Source: the human T2T-CHM13v2.0 reference genome, Homo sapiens | NCBI RefSeq assembly: GCF_009914755.1 | Contig: NC_060929.1 | Strand: one strand, 5' to 3' | DNA length: 64,000 bases | Part shown: positions 35,158 to 48,874 of the stretch, piece by piece | Layout of the letters: the number at the start of each line of letters is the position of its first letter | How positions within the stretch are numbered: the stretch's first letter is position 1 | The notes under the pieces: generated by a model | What the model saw: only the letters and a program-made list of their open reading frames with translations | Told to the model about the DNA's origin: nothing | The model's database searches: none | Position numbers and translations under genes: made by a program

Positions 35158-35765
35158 TGTATAAACAATTTGAATTAACAACGTTAAAGTAATTATTCTT
35201 ATATATATGATTCCTTGTGAACCTCGGTAACAGTTTTCCTAGTTTTTATACCTAAAATTAGCATTTATGGGTTGTCGATGATGATGAGTATTTATGACTT
35301 CTAGATAATACCAACTTTCTCTCCAAAGTGGTTTTAACAGTTGACACTCCTTTAAGCAGACTGGAAGTTCCTCTTGCTTCACATCCTCACCAGCACTTGA
35401 TATTGAGAGATACTTAAAACAATTTTTTGTTGTTGTCACCAATCTGATGGGCTATTTTATTTCCTGTTCCTCTGACTACTAGTGAGTATGAGCATCTTTT
35501 CTTTTATTGGTCAATCATGTTTTTTCTGATAATTGCCTGTTTACATCTTTTCCCCATTTTTCCATAGGATTATTATGTTGATTTGTGGGCTTACTTTAAA
35601 TATGCTGCATACCAATGACTTGAATGTTTTGTATGTTGTAAATGTTTCTCTTGGCAGGTGGGCTTGTCTTTTTCCTTTTTTATAATGTCTGTTGTGCATA
35701 AGTTTGTAATTTTAATGAGGTTAAATGTATCAAGCATCTCCCTTTGTTGTCTGCTTGTTTAGTAT

Positions 35766-36471
35766 TGTGTCTGGAATTGGTTCCTTCTGGTGGGTTCTTG
35801 GTCTTGCTGACTTCAAGAATGAAGCCACGGACCCTCACAGTGAGTGTTACAGTTCTTAAAGATGGTGTGTCCAGAGTTTGTTCCTTCAGATGTTCAAATG
35901 TGTCCAGAGTTTTTTCCTTCCAGTGGGTTCGTGGTCTTGCTTGACTTCAGGAGTGAAGCCGCAGACCTTCGCAGTGAGTGTTACAGCCCTTAAAGGTGGT
36001 GCGTCCAGAGTTGTTTGTTCCTCCTAGTGGGTTCGTGGTCTCGCTGACTTCAGGAGTGAAGCCACAGACCTTCACAGTGAGTGTTATGTAGCTCATAAAG
36101 GTAGTGCTGACCCAAAGAGTGAGCAGCAGCAAGATTTATTGTGAAGAGTAAAAGAACAAAGCTTCCACAGCATGGAAGGGGACCTGAGTAGGTTGCCACT
36201 GCTGGCTCAGGTGGCTAGCTTTTATTCCCTTATTTGGCTCACCCATGTCCTGCTGATTGGTCCATTTTGTAGACTGCTGATTGGTCCATTTTACAGAGTG
36301 TTGATTGGTGTGTTTACAAACCTTTAGCTAGACACAGAATGCTGATTGGTGCGTTTACAAACCTTTAGCTAGACACAGAGCACTGATTGGTGTGCTTACA
36401 ATCCTTTAGCTAGACAGAAAGGTTCTCCAAGTCCCCACCCGACCCAGAAGCCCAGCTGGCTTCACCTCTCA
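35766..36471 (-). mobile_element. 3' LTR (LTR12 family) of the provirus
   Basis: Direct repeat of 44633-45467, adjacent to the polypurine tract, with five CCAAT boxes. Confidence 0.94.
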
Positions 36472-36527
36472 ATCCCCCCTCTAAACAGGACAACCCAACT
36501 GCTGTTGGGAATTGGGCAGTGACCGCT

Positions 36528-38338
36528 CTAGCTACTTCCTGCTGGATGGGGTGATGAAGGGGCCCTACAATTGTAGTGTCCTCCAGAGGGGAACTCTCTA
36601 GGCCAGTGAAAGGGCCAGCAGGTCAGTCCAGGGTTCCTCGGTAGAAGTTGTTAGTTGAACTCATTTGGGGTTCCATTTGTAAGACCATCTGTAACTTGAT
36701 GGCCTTGATCCTAGAGGACACAAATTAACAAGGAGGTTAAAAATACATGGCCCAAAGGCAAGTAATAGCAAGATGGCTGCCACGGGACCTAAAAAGGGGA
36801 GAAGCCAGGTTGTCCAACTGCAGAAGTTAGTATAAGAGTTTGAAAGGCGTTGTCTGATTTCAGAAGCCTTTTCCTGTGAGTGCAGGGTGGCATCTCATAC
36901 CCCTGACTGGTTAGTGTAAAAACAACATCTTCCCCTAAGAGGGTGCAGAGTCCTCCTTTCTCAGCAGCGAGGAGGTCTAGGCCTTGGTGGTTTTGGAGAG
37001 TCACTGCTGCCAAAGAATCTATTTCAGATTGTAGAGTAAGGATAGATTTTGTTGTTTCTTGCAAATTGTCTGAAAAATCCTCTGAGTGTGTGGTAGTAGG
37101 ATAATGAAGTAGATAAACTGGCTATTCTGGTTCCTGTAGCAGTAGCCATTCCTAACCCTATAAGTAGGGGTATTAGTTGTATGGCTCTGCGCTGACGGAC
37201 TTGAGCTTTGAGGGGTACTGATAGGGTCTGATTTCCTGGGGCAATGTTAATGTTGGGACTTAGAAAGACTAAGGTGCAGGTGCCTGTCCAGTTAGTGGGG
37301 AGGCAGATATAGGTCGACGTTCCACATAAGAAGAATATACCTTGGCTGGCTAGACAGAACTGGTTGTGTATGTTAAAAAGGTGTGTGAGTTTGTTGTTTT
37401 CATTTTCCCATACTCCAAGAATACTTGCCAAGGTAGCTCTGGTGAGTGGGTGGAAAGGGGTGTTGCAAGCAAACCGAGTGACTCCCTGTTCTAGTTTCCC
37501 ATTGGAGAATAAATCATTTTGTATCTACTAGGAGCCATTCAAGAGAGTGATTGAAAGAGGGGATAAGAAGGCATTCACTAGTGGTGGGGGCACTGCTGGA
37601 GGGAGTCCAGGGGTGAATGGTCATGCAGGGAGTATGTTTGCCATTACAAAACCTGGACTGTTTGTTAAGTAGCGAGGAGGTGATGATTTTTGGGGGCGCT
37701 GAGAAGTGGACAAGCCATCTGAATGGAGCTGTTTGGGTTACTCGGAAATTACTGTGATCAGCTGGGGCTTCAAGTTGTAGGGTATAATTACACTGATGCG
37801 GTAGTAGGTGCCCCAGGGGCAGGCCTGTTAACAGGTTGCATTGGATGCATAAAGGGGCTTGGAAAGTTAAGATGGTATTCATAGTTACAGGGCCGTGTAT
37901 GGGCTTTTCATTGCTTGTGTAATAGGTGAGGTTGGAAAAGTAAGGACACAAATTTGGATTGCATGTCCTGTTAGGGTAGTCTTGGTCCTATCAGAGATAG
38001 GGAAGTTGGCTAATGATTGCATATTTAGAAGTCAGAAAGGGTCTTTTCCTTCATAATGAGGGTGGTAGTTTAAGTTGGTAAAGACCCAATTTTTTTGCGG
38101 GAATGGGAGTGTCAACATAAGCAGAGGTTGATAGAGAGATACAAAGCCAACAGTCATTTGCCAGGGAAGGATTGGACTGGTTTAACAGAGAGTGGGTTAC
38201 GTTGAGAGTCTTGTAGAGGTAATTAGGAGCTAGTGGAAGAGGATGGGTGATTGTATGAGACATCTAAAGAAGCGGGAAGGATAACTAGGCAAAGAGTAAA
38301 TGGGAAGGTAACGAGGGTGCTCTGAAAGACGAGATCAT
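36528..38338 (-). pseudogene. env: env (gamma-type), frameshifted
   Basis: ATG at 38338, CWLC motif, furin site RQRR/AIQLIPLL, immunosuppressive domain LQNHQGLDLLAAEKGGLC and a C-terminus ending PAGSS*. Split over several ORFs. Confidence 0.9.
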
Positions 38339-38573
38339 TTTATCCAGTCTGAGTTAAAGGTAGGAGTAAATTGCTGTCAGAAGGAAGGAAGATAGAAAGA
38401 AGGTTGATGTGATTAGGATTTTCATCCCAGCAGGAGCTACAGTATATAGCCCTATCGCAAAGAGTACAGTTAGTATGCTGCTTAATAATATGATGAAATA
38501 GTAAAAGGATTCCATTAAAGGGGCAAGGAGAGGTGTTAAAGATAAAGATTATGTAGGCTTTCACTAATTTTTT

Positions 38574-41500
38574 TTAAGGAGGAAGGGGTTTTTCTTCAGG
38601 ATCAGTGGTAGGAACCTTTTTAGTCTGGGATGTTTCCTTTTGAAATAGGAGATGCAAGTCCTCCAATGGTTCGCAGGTGTATCGAGGCTGGTCTGGATGA
38701 TCTTGGGACTCCTGAGCTGACGGTCCCACAGGTTCCTCAGGGGGTGTCCAAAATTTAACTCGGGTGTGGTGAATCCAAGATTCCACTCCTGCCACCTTAA
38801 CTGCAGTGGGGAGAGAATGAGTGAGTATGGTCCTTCCCACAAAGAGTCCATAGATGGGGAGGTAGAGGGGAGAGATCTGACCAACACTAGATCTGCTGGT
38901 TGAAACAACTCTGTTCCTTTTTCTCTGTGATATCCTTCAGGGAGGTTTTTAAGGTTTTGTTGATATTTTGCCAAAGAAGTTATATCTTTGACCAGGTTGG
39001 CCGTTTCCTGATCAAGTAGGAGGTCATTTGTGAGAAAAGGTTGTCCATGCAGCATTTCATATGGACTGAGCCCCATTTTGTGAGGAGAATTTTGGATTCT
39101 CAACAAGGCCATGGGCAAAAGAGTAGGCCATGGGAGATGAGTTTCTTGTGTTAGTTTCCTTAAGTGCCTCTTGAGGGTTTCATTTGCTTTCTGGATCTTC
39201 CCTGAGGATTGTGGCCTCCAGGAGCAGTGAAGGTGATATTGTATCCTTAGCACCCTCGAAATTCCCTGAGTTATCATGGCTTTAAAAGCTGGACCATCGT
39301 CACTCTGTAAGCTTTGGGGAATCCCAAATCTAGGAATTATTTCATGAATTAGGACTTTAATCACTTCCTGAACCTTCTCTGTCTTGAAGCGGAAAGGTTC
39401 TATCCAATTTGTAAAGGTATCAACACAGACCAACAAGTATTGAAATCTCTTTGACTTAGGCATATGGGTGAAGTCTAACTGCCAGTCCTCTCCAGGATAG
39501 TGACCTATTCTTTGTTTCCCCAAAGGGTACTTATGATGGAACAAGGGATTATTCCTTTGGCACACCTCACAGGCTTTGACTACCTGTCGGATGGTCTGGA
39601 GGAGATTTGGCCCTGTAAATAGGGATTTGGCCATTTGATGAGTGTTTTCAATACCCATATGAAAAGTTTGGTGGGGGGATTTAAGTATTTTCCACTGGCT
39701 GGCTTTGGGTTTAAGTAACTTTCCTTCTTCTGTCATTAACCACCCTGAGGGGAGAAAACTATGCCCCCGTGAAAGTCCCCATTCTGTTTCAGTTGGGGAA
39801 TACTGGGGCTTAATCTGTTGGAGGGGGTTGTTCAATACCCAGGGTCCTTCCATAGGTATTTCTAATGGGAGGTTCCGCTTGGCAGGAATTTTGGCCTCAG
39901 CATCTGCCCGACAGTTTCCTTCTGCCTTTTCTTCTTCACCTTTTTGATGGCTTTGGCAGTGTAAGACTGCCACCTCCTTGGGTTTTGCACTGTGTGCAAT
40001 AACTCCATAATTTCCTTGTGGTATTTAATGGGGGTTCCTCCAGAGGTTAGAACGCCCTTTCTTTCCATATTGCAGCATGGGCATGTAGGATTAGGTAAAC
40101 ATACTTGCTATCTGTATACACATTTATTCTTTTTCCCTTTCCCAGTTCTAAGGCTCGGGTAAGTGCCACTATTTCTGCTAACTGGGCGCTGGTCCCTGGG
40201 GAAGAGGCTTACTTTCAAGTACGGTTACATCACTAACTATGGCATGACCTGCCCTTCATATCCCATTCTCCACAAATGAACTTCCATCGGTATATAGGTT
40301 AAGGTCAAGATTAGCTAAGGGGACTTCTAGGAGATCATCTCGGGCAGCATAAGTCTGGACTATAATTTGTTGGCAGTCATGCTCAATTGGTTCCCCATCC
40401 TCTGGGAGAAAAGTGGCAGGGTTGAGGGCCATGCACATAAGTATTTGAAGCACTGGTCCCTGAAGGAGTAGCGCCTGGTATCTAAGTAGGTGGTTGTCCA
40501 ATAGCCATAAACTTCCTTTGGCACCTAGTATGCCATTTACATCATGAGTAGTCCAGACAGTGAGATCTTTTCCTTGTATTATTTTGATAGCCTGTGACAC
40601 TAAGATGGCCACCACAACTACCCTTAAACAGTGAGGCCAGCCTTTTGCTACTACATCAATTTACTTACTTAGGTATGCCACTGGTTGTGGGGTCGTCCCA
40701 CGAGTCTAACAACTCCAAGAGCTATCCCTGCTGTCTCTGTGACATATAAAGAGAAGTTTTGTCCTGTGGGAAGGCTTAAAGCTGGAGCTTGTACTAGGGC
40801 CTGCTTTAAGGTTTTGAAGGCTGTTTCTGCTTGTGGTTCCCATTCTACTAGATGAGTATTTGCCCTCTGGGTCTCCTTGATTAGAGTATAAAGGGGCCTG
40901 GCTATCTCGCTGTATCCAGGGATCCATAGTCAGCAAAAGCCGTGATTCCAAGGAATGACCACAACTGTTTTAATGTCTTAGGGCAAGGATAAGCCAGTAT
41001 AGGCTGTATTTGTTCCTTGCTGAGGGCCCTGGTCCCTCTGGCTAAGATTAGGCCTAGATATTTGACCTGCTATAGACAAAGCTGGGCCTTTGACCTAGAC
41101 GCCTTGTACCCTTGATTAGCTAGAAAGTTCAAGAGATCTAGAGTAGCCTGCTGGCATGAGGCTTCCAAACTGGTAGCCAAAAGTAAATCATCCACATACT
41201 GAAGGGCCAGAGTGCCTGGACTTGAGAAGTGGCCTAGATCTTGGGCCAGTGCCTGACCAAACAGATGAGGGCTATCCCTAAACCCTTGAGGCAAGACTGT
41301 CCATGTAAGTTGGGATGTGTGGTCTGTGGGAGCCTCAAAGGCAAAGAGAAACTGGGAGTCAGAGTGCAGGGGAATACAGAAGAAGGCATCCTTGAGGTCC
41401 AGAACAGTGAATCTTTCTGCTTCCTCTTGTATTTGAGAGAGCAGGGTATAGGGATTGGGTACAATTGGATATAGAGGAACTACTGCCTCATTGATGAGTC

Positions 41501-42134
41501 TAAAATCTTGCACTAGTCCCCACTGAACCCTTCGGTTTTTGTACTCATAGAATTGGGGTGTGGCAGGGACTGCTGCATTTCCTTACTAAGCCTTGAGCTT
41601 TTAAATGTTTAACAATATCTTGTAATCCTTTATGAGCTTCAGGCCTTAAGGGATGTTGCCTTTGAAAAGGAAAAGTGGTGGGATCTTTTAGCCTGATTTG
41701 GACTGGGTGGGCATTTTTTGCCCTTCCAAATTGTCTTTCCAATGTCCAGACTTCAGGGTTGTTTCCCTCCTCAAGTAGGGAACAACAAATGGGTAGCTTG
41801 TTCCCCATATTCATATAGATAATAGCTCCAGCTTTGGCAAATATATCCCTCCCTAATAAGATTGTGGGACTTTCAGGATAACAAGAAAGGCATGTGAAAA
41901 GAGCAAAGTCTCCCAATTACAAATGAGGAGGTGGGAGAAATACCTGGTTACAGGCTTTCCCAGGATTCCTTGGATGGTAACGGACCTTGAGGACAGTCGT
42001 CCAGGACAGGAGATTAACACTGAGAACGCTGCGCCAGTGTCCAGGAGGAAGTCAATTTCCTGGTCCTCAATGGTTAAATGTACCTGGGGCTCAGTGAGGG
42101 TGATTACATGAGCTGGTGCTTGCCCTGGGGACCC
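38574..42134 (-). pseudogene. pol: pro-pol (protease, RT, RNase H, integrase), disrupted
   Basis: FLLDTGA near 42040, LPQGF and YVDD (41070..41513), YTDGSS (40256..40615), integrase HHCC, WQLDFTHM and SDDGPAF (38564..39973). Confidence 0.93.
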
Positions 42135-43583
42135 TCAGTCCTGTTGTTGGATCATCTGGTTGGGGGCTTCTGGCCCAGAGAAACTTTGCCCTCTGGGGCA
42201 GTGTGCCTTCCAGTGATTGCCTAGGCACAGTGGACATGGACGAGGGGGCAGCTTGTTTCTCATTGGACAATCTTTTTTAAAATATCCTTGTAAACCACAG
42301 TGATAACAAGTCTTTCCTGGTGATTGACCTGCTCCATTTTCTGTCCTCTCTGAACCACCAAGGTTGGTTTGTCTGAGGGCAATGACTAAGGCTGCAGCCT
42401 TTCTCTGATCTCGCTTTTCCTTTTGGGCCTGTTCCTCTTGGTCCCTATTATAGAACACTGAGGTTGCTAGGTTTAATAATGCCTCCAGATTTTGTTCAGG
42501 GCCCAGGGCTCACTTTTGGAGCTTTATCCTGATATCTGCAGCTGATTGGGTAATAAACTTATCAATTGACCCTCTAGTGAGTTGCGTGACAGGGGAGTAT
42601 AGTTTCTTAAGGCCTCCTTTAGCTGCTTGAGGAAGGCAGAGGGATTTTCTTCCTTTCCCTGAGTTATGGTGGACATCATTGAATAATTCATGGGCCTTTT
42701 CCTAATTCTCCTTAGTCCTTCTAGAACACAGGTCAACAGATGTTTGCAATTCCAGTCCCCATGAGCTGAGTTGAGGTCCCATTGGGGATCCATACTGGGG
42801 ACGGCTTGCTGACCGGTAGGGAATTTGTCCCTTTTTTTGGCTGTCATCCTATCATTTACTTGACTAAGATACCAGGTATCTCCAAACTCTCGGGCTGCAG
42901 CTAAAGCCACATTCTTTTCATTAAAGACCAGGTTTTGATCTAACAATAGCATGACATCTCTCCAGGTGAGATTGAAGGTTTGCCCTAGACCCTGTAGGAC
43001 ATCTGTGTACCTAACAGGATTATCTGAAAACTTCCTCAAGTCTGCCTTGATCTCCTTTAAATCAGAGAGGGAGAAAGGGACATGTACCCGGGTTGGGCCA
43101 AATTCCCCTCCCCCTACAGCTTGATGGGGACATAACCGATAGCCTGGGGGTTTTTGTGGTCCTTTGGAAATTTCTTTACTTATTTCCTTCTGGGCAGGGG
43201 AGATTAGAGAAGGCTTATCATTAATAGGAAGGGGAGCTGTAGGGAGGCTAGAATATGGGGGTAAGCTGAGAGGTCCTCTGTGGGATGTAAATTGCAACGT
43301 TTGCATAGTTGTGTATTCTCCTTCAATGAAAAGAAAGCTTGGACATAAGGTATTTCACTCCATTTGCCTTCCCCTTACAGAAAAGGTCAAGCTGCGGGAT
43401 AGCATTGTAATTTTATACTTCCCTCAGGGGGCCATTTTTCACCATCAGAGAGAGAATATTGGGGCCAGGCCCTAGTGCGGAAAAAATGAGCCACCTCTTT
43501 TTCAGGGTTTGTGGGTCAAATTCATCCCAATGATTTAGGATGCATTTCAAGGGTGAACCTGTTGATGCCTGAGTGTTTCCCAT
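42135..43583 (-). pseudogene. gag: gag, disrupted
   Basis: MGNTQAS start at 43583, MHR-like ITQGKEENPSAFL, and zinc knuckles CYHCGLQGYFKKDC (H>Y) and CPLCLGNHWKAHC. Ends QQQD*. Confidence 0.92.
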
Positions 43584-44611
43584 CTGAAAGACAAAACCGC
43601 CTGCGGTTTGGTTTGTTTCTCCCCCTGCCCAAGAACCTGCAGTGGTCCCTGGACCCTGCTGATCAGAATAGTTGCACTCACCGATGTAGCAGCAGAAACA
43701 CTAGTTTTCCTCCAGATCACAAGGAGGACCGAGGAATGTTGGATTTAATGGCCCTTACTGATGCATTCTCGAAAACCTGCACCCTTGCCTGTCCTCCTAG
43801 ACCACAAAGAAGACCGAGAAAAATCGGATTTAGTGGCCCTTACTGACGCATTCTCGAAAACCTGTTAGAGTCCTAAGCATTCTCCTGTTAGTATTGGGAC
43901 TTTACCCCTGTCCTATAAAGATGTTATGCCCCGAAAATGAAGTGGAGGGCCATACCCTGAGAGAGGGAAGGGAGCTCCAGGGTTGGAAGAGTAACACCTT
44001 TTGTCCTCACTTGAATAGGAAGGATGTCATTTCTGAGGCTCCCCATATCCTTGCTTCAGGAATAGCTTTTGTTAGGCCTGCTAGTCTGAGGAGGGATCCT
44101 AAAATTCCAGATACTCCCCCACCCCGATGGGGCTTTGGGCAAAAATTATGTTTCTGATTGTTGAGCCTGGGTGCCTAAAGAAGGTATCAGAATCCTGAAG
44201 TTTATACTAGAAATCATTCTTAAAGGAGAAACTAGAAAACCATCAGAGACAGGTAGTGGTTTTTAGAAGCGGGACTAGCCTTGGAGAAGAGAGGCAAGAG
44301 GAAGTTTGTCTAATAGGCATTAGGACCCAGGAGGCAAGGGTCAGATAGCTAGGATAGATGGGCGAGTCTCGCTTGGGCTACATGACTTTGAGAGTTGCAA
44401 ACCAACACTCCCAACTCCGAAGCTGGGGGTTGTTAGAGAGCCCTTTCGCAGAAAGCTTGACACCCGTGTCTTTAGTCCGGTGGCCATGCTAGTCACTTTA
44501 ACTGGCCAACAGGTGCCCGCTATTTAGCCCCCAAATTCTAAGGAAAAATAGGACAGAGGGATAGCAAGTGAAAGGGGTCCAATGGTACTCACTGCTTGGC
44601 GATAGTCAACA

Positions 44612-44629
44612 GTCCCTTCATGGTCACCA
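44612..44629 (-). promoter_or_regulatory. Primer binding site, tRNA-Arg type
   Basis: The + strand GTCCCTTCATGGTCACCA matches the recalled tRNA-Arg(TCG) 3' end GTCCCTTCGTGGTCGCCA with two CpG transitions. It lies next to the 5' LTR. Confidence 0.85.
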
Positions 44630-44632
44630 AAA

Positions 44633-45467
44633 AGTGTCTGGAATTGGCTCCTTCCAGAGGGTTCTTGGTCTCACTGACTTCAAGAGTGAAGCTGCAGACC
44701 CTCGCAGTGTGTTACAGTTCTTAAAGATGGTGTGTCTGGAGTTTGTTCCTTCAGATGTTCAGATGTGTCTGGAGTTTCTTCCTTCCGGTGGGTTCGTGGT
44801 CTTGCTTGACTTCAGGAGTGAAGCCGCAGACCTTCACAGTGAGGATTACAGCTCTTAAAGGTGGCGTGTCCAGAGTTGTTTGTTCCTCCCAGTGGGTTTG
44901 TGGTCTTGCTGACTTCAGGAGTGAAGCCGCAGACCTTCGCAGTGAGTGTCCAGCTCATAAAGGTAGTGCAGACCCAAAGAGTGAGCAGCAGCAAGATTTA
45001 TTGTGAAGAGCAAAAGAACAAAGCTTCCACAGTGTGGAAGGGGACCCAAGCGGGTTGCCGCTGCTGGCTCAGGTGGCCAGCTTTTATTCTCTTATTTGGC
45101 CCTACCCATGTCCTGCTGATTGGTCCATTTTACAGAGTGCTGATTGGTGCTTTTACAAACCTTTAGCTAGACACAGAGCGCTGATTAGTGTGTTTTTACA
45201 GAGTGCTGATTGGTGCATTTACAAACCTTTAGCTAGACACAGAATGCTGATTGGTGCGTTTTTACAGAGTGCTGATTGGTGCTTTTACAAACTGTTAGAT
45301 AGAAACAGAGCGCTGATTGGTGTGTTTTTATAGAGTGCTGATTGGTGCATTTACAAACCTTTAGCTAGACACAGGATGCTGATTGGTGTGTTTACAGTCC
45401 TTTAGCTAGACAGAAAAGTTCTCCAAGTCCCCACCTGACCCAAAAGCCCAGCCATCTTCACCTTTCA
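44633..45467 (-). mobile_element. 5' LTR (LTR12 family) of the provirus
   Basis: Direct repeat of the 3' LTR with a longer CCAAT array (eight intact plus one mutated). Confidence 0.94.
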
Positions 45468-45738
45468 GTATCTTATGTAAGAAATTCTTTCCTACCTCAA
45501 GATAATAAACATTTGACCCTTACAGACATTTTTTCCCCATGTAGATCAGTCTATTTCACCCAGATCTATTTATTGAATAGTGAATACTTCCACATTAGAT
45601 TTTTATATAACTTCAGTGATTTATTAAGTATACATGAGTTTATTTCTGTAGTTTCTGTTTTTTTTCAATTGGCTCATTTTTGTATCCCTGACCAAAGCAA
45701 TATTGTCTTTGCAACTATAATTTTTTCAATAAAGTCTT

Positions 45739-46113
45739 AGTAGTTGTCTGTTCTTGCATTGCTGTAAAGAAATACCTGAGACTGGGTAATTTATACGGGA
45801 AAGAGGCTTAATTGGCTCATAGTTCTGCAGGCTGTACAGAAAGCATGATGCTGGCATCTGCTTGGCTTCTGGGGAGGCCTAAGGAAACTTTCAATCATGG
45901 TAGAAGGTGAAGGGGAGAGATGGGGGAGTTGCCACACACTTTTAAACAACCAAATGAGAACTCACTATTGTGATGACAGCACCAAGGGGGATTGTGTTAA
46001 CTCATGAAAAACTGCTCTTATGATCCAGTTACCTCCTACTGGATCCCAATCCAACACTGAGGATTAAAATGGAACATGACATTTGGGTGGGGACACAGAT
46101 ATAAACCATATTA
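45739..46113 (-). mobile_element. MSTA-like MaLR solo LTR
   Basis: AAAGAAATACCTGAGACTGGGTAATTTAT...ATTTGGGTGGGGACACAG, with a 5-bp TSD GTCTT (45734-45738, 46114-46118). Confidence 0.9.
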
Positions 46114-46434
46114 GTCTTGATTTCATGAAGTGGAACCCCTTCTCTTCTTCAAAAATTGTTTTATTTATTCTCAGCACCTTCAAATCTTTCACATGAATTT
46201 TAAAGTCTCCTCTCCTCCTCCAAATTGTTGTATTTTGATCGAAATTGTATTTAATTTATAGACCAATCGACATCTTTATGATACTATTTCAATCTATGAA
46301 CATGCCATTTTTCTCCATTATTTTGGTATTGTATTTGTTTGGTCCATTGCTAGGTCTATACCTCATAGTTTTTGTTTCTATGGTGAATTAAATATTTTCT
46401 TTTTTCTAATATTACTGTAATTTCTATTTTTTAA

Positions 46435-46550
46435 CTAGAATGTAAGGTTAGAGAAGACAGACATTTTTGTCTCTTTTGTTCACTGCTGTATCCCTAGTAC
46501 CTAGAATACGATCTGTCACATAGTGGGCTCTCAAAATGTGTTGAATAAAC
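46435..46550 (+). mobile_element. L2 3' end
   Basis: TTGTTCACTGCTGTATCCCTAGTACCTAGAA...TGTTGAATAAA. Confidence 0.8.
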
Positions 46551-48874
46551 TAATATTACATTTTCTGATGCATTATTTCTGCTTTACAGTAAAATCATTA
46601 TTTCTGCTTTTCTAATGATTGTTGTACCAAACTGAACTTGCATTACAGCTATATCACTTTATCTGCTAATTCTCTTGAATTTTATGTGCATGTAAGAAAT
46701 GAAAACATCTGAGGAAAAACAGCCTTAACTCTGTTTTTATATTTCTTGAAATTCATTTCTATTTTTTATATTATTGCATTGGCTAGGAAATCCATGCATG
46801 GGTGCTAGTATGTATTCCCACTCTAAAGGGAATTCTTCCAAAAGCCTATTAGGTGTACTATTAACAGTAAGTTTTTGATTATTTCTGCTTTTTATGTTGA
46901 ACAAATAGCTATCATTATTTTTTAAAATTTCTATCAAACAACCATTTACTTACCTAAAATTATTTTTAAAAATCAGTTGAAATGATCATGTCTTTTTTAT
47001 TTCAGTTAATATTTCAAATTATGTAATTGAATTTCTTAATTTGAACATTGCATTGTGGGTAACTTGATGGATAAATTACCAATGATATAAATATGAAATT
47101 AAATGATTTATAGCTATTTGTGCCTATATCAATGGGCTAAATGAATATGAACCCCTAAAGTTATTTCACTTTTTATGGTCTTGCCTACAGTTTTTTTCTT
47201 TCCCTATCTTCTGTTGTCTGTTGCCTTGTGCTTCTTGGGATTAGTTGTTCAAATAAATCAGCTGCGTCCAAGTCCTTGACTCAGACTTTGCTTTTGGAGT
47301 AACTTATACTAACAAATGCTCTGTGTGTGTGGTTTTATTATTTAGAAAGGTTATTTATTTTATTTATCTATATTATTTATTAAAATTTAGTTATTTAAAA
47401 GTTACACATAGCTATAATATATAGCTGTATATATTTATAATGAAACTTAAAATGTTCATATGTAACATTATAAATTCACTTTCAGAATGAGACAATTTTG
47501 TATTGTATTTTAAACAATTCTTTAATGCTATGAAAGTTTTTGTTTAAACAAAAAATTTAATTTCTAACTTTAAAGTTCTAACCTCATTGAATTGAAATGA
47601 CTAAATAAAATATAGTGAGGGATAATAAATAAAATAAATAAAATAAAGTATAGTGAGGGATAATCTATTATAGCACATTAACTCTGTCCTCTTGTGTATC
47701 ATAAACATTTCAATTGATTTTATAGCAAATCTAGTATAAAATTCCTTTTCTTTGTTATTTTTACCCTACTTTCTGGCCACTCATAGGAACAAAATTTTAA
47801 AATTAGCCGTTATCATCTTTTTTGTTTCTCTAATCTATTTTTTCTTTTGTTTTATGATACCTCTACTATCTGCTTTTATGTACTTTACTTTGATCCTACT
47901 GCTGCCAGCTGAACTTAGCCACTGGGAGTCCAGTCCCTACTTTTTGCTCTGCCAGACCTTCACTGGGCATGGCACATTTCTCCAGGCCACAGATTCTGTC
48001 ATGAAGTCTTCTCTGACAGATACACGTTGCTTAGGGTTCCAAGAACTAACTCTATATCTTTATCTTTCTGGCCTAGGATTAGGAAAGCCTTTCTACTCTT
48101 ATTACTCTTAGGATACTTTTCCATTTTTTATTAATTTAAACCCTTTCCATACCATTTTAAATTGTCTCTTCATTAAACTTTCTTCATTGAGCTCTTCTTG
48201 ATGTGCTGTTTCTTGAATGATCTTGACTAATAAAAGAATAGTAAGTATTAAATTCACAGTGTGTTTATCTGGGGCAAATGTGAAATACGTAATTGGTTCT
48301 GGATCCACAGGGATTCAATTGTATCTGTAATGTCGTGGTTCTCAAAAAAAAAAAAGATTCATGGCAAACATAGCATTACATTAAGATTACTCTTGTTTGT
48401 ATTTTACTGTATTTTTAAAATATTTCATCATTTTTAAAAAAGAAAAATAGAATTCTCCAGAGTAGAAGACAAAAATGACAAACATGGTCTTAAGAGTAGA
48501 AGCAATTGCATACACTGCATCTGAGCAGTGTTCCATCCAGCCTGGAAATGACATCCCAACTATAGTAGGATTCTGTTTGGAAATGACAGGAGAAGCTCTC
48601 TGAACTGATCTCAACTTAATGGACTAATCTGATTAATCAGGATTCTACATTTTTTCTGAGAACTTGATGTCCATGGCATGATAAAGGCCCATAACTATTA
48701 GGCTTTTCTGCAGCGTGCCTGCTTCACTTCTTCCTTTGGCTGAGTTGTGTGTTTACCAAGAGAGTCTACAGTATCTGTTCCTAAACCTCTTTATGCTTGC
48801 CACTCTAATTATATGCTGTGTAAAACAACTGAATAAGTGTAAAAATCTGTTTCTATGAAGATTAGGTTGAAAAC

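Larger units (their letters stand above)
35766..45467 (-). mobile_element. HERV9 (ERV9/LTR12) full-length defective provirus
   Basis: Two LTR12-type LTRs, a PBS, gag-pro-pol-env and a PPT (36472-36486). TSD GTAT at 35762-35765 and 45468-45471. Confidence 0.95.
35250..47080 (-). mobile_element. Ancient L1ME fragment split by the HERV9 provirus, an MSTA LTR and an L2 piece
   Basis: Degenerate antisense ORF2 3' motifs (CACATCCTCACCAGCACTTGATATTG) at 35250-35761 resume at 45472-45733 and 46119-47080. Confidence 0.6.

Noticed and set aside
36528-38338. Syncytin-like domesticated env
   Set aside because: It is broken into at least four frames, and its LTRs are LTR12 (HERV9), not HERV-W LTR17.
43741-43864. 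39-bp direct repeat in the proviral leader
   Set aside because: As I recall, this is a normal HERV9 leader feature and not locus-specific.
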